Assembly: GCF_009914755.1 (NCBI RefSeq)
Contig: NC_060926.1
Reading direction: 5' to 3' (one strand)
Source: the human T2T-CHM13v2.0 reference genome, Homo sapiens
Length of the DNA stretch: 64,000 nucleotides
Shown: piece after piece, positions 56,631 through 64,000 of the stretch
How the letters are laid out: the number at the start of each line of letters is the position of its first letter
Position numbering within the stretch: the stretch's first letter is position 1
Notes under the pieces: model-generated
What the model saw: the letters and a program-made list of their open reading frames with translations, nothing else
Databases searched by the model: none
Told to the model about the DNA's origin: nothing
Position numbers and translations under genes: made by a program

Positions 56631-57893
56631 TTAAGGTATACACATTTCTCAACCAATTACATATTCACTTATACTGAAAATAAAAGGCCAAGTATCATAC
56701 CACCAGTTAGTCATCTCCTGTCTGCATGTCTCCCACCCCATTTCACCAGGACTAGTGAACACATGCATGCTTGGTCCTGGCATACAGTAGTCCCCCAGGT
56801 CTGGACATTTTCCTTTGTGATTGATATATCTTATGCCAGATGCTGTGTTAATGTCTCCCTCTGAACCCTGGCATAGATCTCTGGGTTTTATACACTGGAA
56901 TGCAAGGAGAGCTGAAGAATGAGGAATGTCTTTCAGTATATCACAAGCCAATGGGTTTATGATGTTGCCAAATGTGCAGTATAAGCTGTTATTCACTTAA
57001 CACATAAAAAAATTTCTTATTTGTTTCTCTCTCCCAGTGATACCACATCAGAAGTAGAGGTTTCTCTTTAATTTAGCCAAAAGGAGACAGTTCAGTTACA
57101 ATTTACTCAGACCAATGTATCACAGAAAGGCAAATTTAGTAAATTGTAGTATATTCTTACTAGTCAGGAGGACTAGCCAAATGAAACTTTTATTTCAACA
57201 ATAGTTTAAACAAAATTCTATACACTGTGTAAACTCTAAACACTTAAATGATAACCTCATTTTTAATTTTTTCACAGGAGGTGGGGGAAAACCATAATAG
57301 TGTTTAATTAAAGAATAAAAAGCAAAAAAAAAAATTAGCAGATTACCGTCATTTGTATTTTTTTGTTTACTCCAACATCTACAGTTAGATAATGAGAAAC
57401 AAAAATTAGAACATATAAATTCTGTACTTTTCTATATAAACCTAAATGTACTGGAAATTCTCTATGATTGATCATTATGTAAAAAAGTCAAGTTTCAAGA
57501 TAGTATATACAATATAATCCCTTCTATAAAGAAAAATTAAACTAGGCCAGAAAATACATATCTATGTATACATTAAGAATTTTGTTTAAATATACAAAAC
57601 TCTATTTATATATTTACTTAAATCAGAGCAAATATTTTTACAATATAGGATCAGATATTTGTATTAATATAGAAACATTCATAGGCTATAAAGTGGACTC
57701 TGTGGCTAGATGTTTTATGGAACTCGACTTTGATATCTAGAAGTATACAGAGAAATAATACTTGATGTGACAAGTATGAAATTGTTGTAAAGGGCTTTAT
57801 ATAGGTCGTAACTCATCAAATTTACAATGATAATGACATCGCAGCATAATTAAAACTTGATAATATTATTTATAGATCAGATCAACTTAAATG

Positions 57894-58420
57894 TGTAGGG
57901 GAGGTAAAATTTTACTTGCACCCTCTTAAGCTTTTCAGCTGGGTCTGATAATTAAATTGACATAAGAAAGATTAAGAGAAGAAAAGTATATGCATTTGTT
58001 CATTTTAAGTTTTATGTTATATAGGTTCCTACATAAAAAAATGAAGACCTAGAAAACCAGTTAAAGTTGAACACTTACATACTGAGTTGGACAAAGAGTA
58101 GTAAATTTTGAAAATGTGGTAAAGCAAAAGGGCTTGTGTTAGAGTAGTTAGCTGAGTGGAGAAGACACTAGGAAGGAAAGGGTTAGTTTAGTAAGTTTTC
58201 TTTGTACAGATTCCCCATGTCCTCAACTTCCTGTCATTGGTAGGAATGATACTTTCCTTCTGGTATAGGGTGAATAGCTTTCACATGGGAATTTGGTCTC
58301 CTGCTTTCAGGAACAAGAAGGAAGTTCTTTTTGTACCTGCTATTTTTCAAGTGCCTTAAACTAAAAACATTCAATATACTTGAGCAACACACTTGGAATG
58401 GTGTCGTCTGAACTGCTTCA
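57894..58420 (-). mobile_element. MER67/MER31-like ERV1 LTR
   Basis: TG...CA ends (tgtagggga...gaactgcttca). The reverse strand begins tgaagcagttcag...aaggcacttgaaaaatagcagg, as in the MER67 family. Confidence 0.7.
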
Positions 58421-59489
58421 AACTAAATACAAGTCAGTGGGGCTAATGTGTTGAAGATGCTGGCTGACCATGTATTGAAGGATATTAGAGAGATGATCCA
58501 GCACCTGGATGTTAGAAAAGAGCATTTTAAAAGCCTCCATATTGGAGAGTACATATATTTAAATATATTTTTAAAGACAATAGTATTCCAAATGTATTAA
58601 TATTAAAAGAAGGTAGGGGTCATATGATAGGAAAATTGAACTAAGACTATCAGGCAACTACAAATTTAACCAGCAGTTAATTAAAAGAAGAGGAATGTAT
58701 CCATACCCTACTAAGTTGCCATCTTTAACTATTTAAATTGCAATATCTTCTTTTCTGTGTATCTACCTTGATAGAGTCTTTTATAAATCTTAATCAGCTT
58801 TCCAAATTTACTGGCAATTTGAACTCTCTTAAATAAAGCCCTGTGTGGCATGCAATCATTTATAGTGAATTCTAAATAATCAGCTCTTAGAGATTTCTGG
58901 ACCCTATACAAGCAGATAAAAATTTCATGTATTACACTTAAAATATTACCATAGCTGAAAAGAAATAAGGGCTAATCCTACATTAGCAAATGCTGCAAAT
59001 GTACTTACACTTCACATACAGCCAAAAATTAAACATTCACTACTTAACAGAGAAATGAAAGGCGCAATTAATCATTGAACTAATGGACTAATCAGGGTGA
59101 GATCAACTGCATCAGTTCATATAAGAATTGTACTTTATTTTTAATCCCAAATTTGACTTAAGAGGATTCAGGATATTTCTCCATAAATGACAATCATTTG
59201 AAAGATATAATTTTCTTTGCTTTCTAATACAAGTATGCAATGGAATTCCCCTGTATAATAAAGTAAGTTACTCAGGCGACATTGTTTTCCTCTTTGGAAT
59301 GATCAATGAAAAAATAATACTATAAAAATATTTTCTTTCCAGTCTTCTTTAGTCTGTTGTGTCCTTATGTTGCTTTTCAGGACAAAAATTTTTAAATATG
59401 CTGGAAAGAGAATAAAGTCTTGTAGAAATTTCTCAGAGCATAATGAAGAGAACACATAGGCTTAGAGGCAAATCATCATAGCTTTAGAT

Positions 59490-60730
<1,241 letters not shown>

Positions 60731-60741
60731 GAGATCATTGT

Positions 60742-60870
60742 TCTACTTACCAGCTTTGGTAACTGTGAATAAGTTTCTGAAAGTCTCAGGGTCTCAAGGT
60801 TTTCCTCCTCTGTGAAAAAAGAGATAACAACATTGACCTTACATGGTAACTAAAATGAGGCAGGCATTTA
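60742..60870 (+). mobile_element. MIR remnant
   Basis: tctacttaccagctttggtaactgtgaataagtttct...tttcctcctctgtgaaaaaagagataacaac. Confidence 0.55.
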
Positions 60871-62029
60871 TAATCAATTCTTTCTTTTTTTTTCTTTCTA
60901 TTACAAAAATATTCTGCTCCTTTTGTTAGAACTACTGTTGGAACTTCAGCATATTTATTAATAAGGACAGCTGAGTGGTATCAATCCTCAGATTTGCAAA
61001 TACATAGCTTGTGACTTGCACATTTGTGCCTCCATAACTAGATATGTTCAAATAATTAATAATTATTTGTTTAAGCATAAAACACATATATAATTAATAA
61101 TTATCTGTGTTTTGGTCATAGTTCCAGTGATTAAAACAATGCACAGTATTAAAACGTGTGCCTCTACTAGTCAGTAGCCAGTCACAGATGAATTGATGAT
61201 ATTCAGTAAATGTGGAAAGAAAGGAAGAAAAGAGAGACATATTTCATGATTTTAAAAATTCTGTCACATTATAGAAAAGACTGTACTTACAATGCACAGT
61301 TTCTGGCACAAAGTAGATGTCCCTACCTATTTGTAGAAGCAGACTTTTTTTTAGCAAAATTGTACATGTAACCCAGCATGTACGATATAAGAAAGCGAAA
61401 GTGATCAGAATGAAGCAGGCTAGGAGAATCGCTGATTTCCCTGTTCTGTCTACTGAGCTAGAGCTTGAAAAGCTTTGCCTCTGTTTTTGATGTTTGATGA
61501 TTCTTCCAACATTAGCATGCTAAGAAGGGAGGCTAGAATTCATGTCTTTAGAATGCTAGTGACATACTTCTCCTCAGAAATAAGACATGGAGTAAATAAA
61601 TGAAGAAGAACAATGGGTTCCATTCTGCTCTAGGTGCTGGGGCAAATGCTATTCCCAGATGTGGAAGACAAAGGCACCTGAGAAATGAGACTTGGCCTGG
61701 GGAACATAGGAGCAGCTCTGAAGCTTTGCCTCAGCCAGCAACTTGCACTGTGCTAGGTTTCACTTCAGGTCTGTAATCTCAAAGGCACACATGTATTGTT
61801 CCACTCCATTTGTAGTTGCCATAGGAAACTGAGGGACTACTTAACATTTAAGTGAATAAATTAAATGATCAGAAAGACTAGAATGCATATCATCTCTCAT
61901 TATTATTGGCTAAGTCTTGGAAAAATATATAAATTTCTTTTCAATCTAGTAAGTAGTAGATTCAGTTAATCAAACCTTTCATCTTATATATCACTATTTT
62001 ATCATGGTTCCCTCTTGATTTGTTTATTT

Positions 62030-63720
62030 ATAATTACTATCCCCATTCCCTTGTACAATCATTCTAATATATATAACAGAATTACTTTTAAAATGGGTGC
62101 TTGTAAAATATACATTAGAAATTTGTATGCATGTATTTTTGTTTTATATGAATGGTGATTGCCAAAAATGCCATCATGTTTTTAGGCAGGGTGAGAGAGA
62201 GAGAGAGAACCCTTTTTAAAATCTACTCTCAATACCATGCATCTATCTGCTGCTTAATATTCTATACAGTGTATCCTCCATATTTTACTTAATCAAGCCC
62301 CAGTGATGGTCTCCCATTGCCTCAAAATTCTAACTCCCATAAACAAAACTACAACAAACATCTTTGCATGTGTTTCCTTTTGGATCTCCATGAGGTGCTG
62401 TTATTATTGGGCCAAAAGGCTATCCACATATTCAATTTTGCTCTGAAGTGTAATATTCACTGGATGTGCCAGCCTGAATGAGGGAACACCCCCCACCAAC
62501 TGATGATATAAAACTTTTCACTCAAGCCAATCTGATAGGTACAGTGTGATATTTCATTACTGCTTTAATTGGCTCTGATTACTGATGAATTTCAGCATTT
62601 CTTCATATGCTTGAAGGCCTTTGGGATCTTTCTCTTCTAATTAATTATCTGTTCAGTCACAGGTCACATTGCAGAAGAACATGTGGGATGGAAGATATGG
62701 AGTCCACCTTTGGAAACTATTAAATTATTCATCTTTTTCTATGGATGTTCTTTCTCTCTCTCTCTCGGCTCCATTATAAACCATACTCTTACACATGCCT
62801 TGGTCTATCGGTGGGTTTTCAAGTCCTTACAATCTGTGAGGCAGATTCCTTCACTCCTTTCCTAGTTTCTTGTTTTAAAATGTTGAAGGGAAACAGTGTT
62901 TGATACTGTTGATTCACCCTGTGAAAAGTACAAAATGGCTCAATTTGCTTCAGATCTGCTTTTATGTTTTTTAATCAAATATTAATTTCTTATACAAAGA
63001 GGTTTTCTGTATTATTTTAAAGACCTTATATTTTTGTTGCTAATATGAAGAATATCTTTATTTTTAGTTGTGGTTAGTTTGCTGTCATTGATTTTTGTAA
63101 ATATACATTTTTTTGTGGAGACTTTACCAAACACTTTTATAAGTGACCATGTTTTGTTGATTATTATTTCCATTTTTTCCCTAGGAGATAATCATATTAA
63201 ATTATTTAACATCATTATTTACATATACTGCAAATAATGGCACTTTTTAAAATTTTTTGATTCTGATATGTCTTATTTCTTTTTTCTTTCTTCCTGCATT
63301 AGATAGAAGTAATTCCATGTTAAGTTGTAATCTTCTCTTGTTCTAATGCTAGAGTTTCCCTTTAGGTACAGCACCATTTATACATATTTCATAGTTATCA
63401 AGGTAAGAAAGTTTCTCTATTTCAGGTCTGCCAGGGTTTATTTTTTAATCTTCTGTAAATGTTGAAGTTTATCAAAAGCAACCTCTATCCATGATGGAAA
63501 CCAGTCAATATGCTGAGACAATTAGATTACAGATGTTAAAAAATATAACATTGTTTTTTCCATTGTTCATATGAACTTTCAAGAATTATTACCACATTTG
63601 CAATGTTTTAAGATCATGGTTACACATATTTATTTATTACATGATTAATTGATTTTATTGTTCATTTTAATTTTAGTGTAGCAGCTCCATGTTTGAGATC
63701 TTTATTTGTTTTTTAATGGA
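62030..63720 (-). mobile_element. Old L1ME-like remnant (patchy)
   Basis: Antisense L1 motifs (caatctgataggtacagtgtgatatttcattactgctttaatt; ttcagcatttcttcatatgcttg; gttgaagtttatcaaaagc). Confidence 0.55.
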
Positions 63721-63732
63721 CATCAGAAGTGA

Positions 63733-63980
<248 letters not shown>

Positions 63981-64000
63981 TAAACAAATATTTTTATATT

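Overview
This is AT-rich, CpG-poor primate DNA, most likely human, judged from AluY/S/J, L1PA, THE1 and MER4A copies. It looks like gene-poor intergenic sequence or a long intron. Roughly half is recognisable interspersed repeat: L1s of many ages, Alus, MaLR/ERV1 LTRs, MER5A/MER58 DNA transposons and MIR/L2/CR1 relics. I cannot support any intact protein-coding gene, tRNA, rRNA or CRISPR array. The long ORFs in the track are L1 ORF2 fragments, and most of the others are Alu or antisense-L1 noise. Repeat family calls come from my recall of the consensus sequences, so subfamily names and the edges of old repeats are approximate. The best observations are: (1) a ~270-bp AT-rich near-perfect palindrome at 46.33-46.61 kb, next to a small repeat made of palindromic units; (2) a 271-bp identical tract with shared non-consensus variants between two neighbouring L1s of different subfamily, consistent with gene conversion; (3) two adjacent twin-primed L1s with TSDs and nested insertions; (4) a locally templated insertion with a fold-back inside an MLT1 LTR; (5) a CpG-retaining, hairpin-forming unique segment at 40.55-40.75 kb; (6) a possible ancient coiled-coil (cTAGE/TANGO1-like) retrocopy; and (7) a few candidate exons. 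I did not find convincing evidence for a new biological system.
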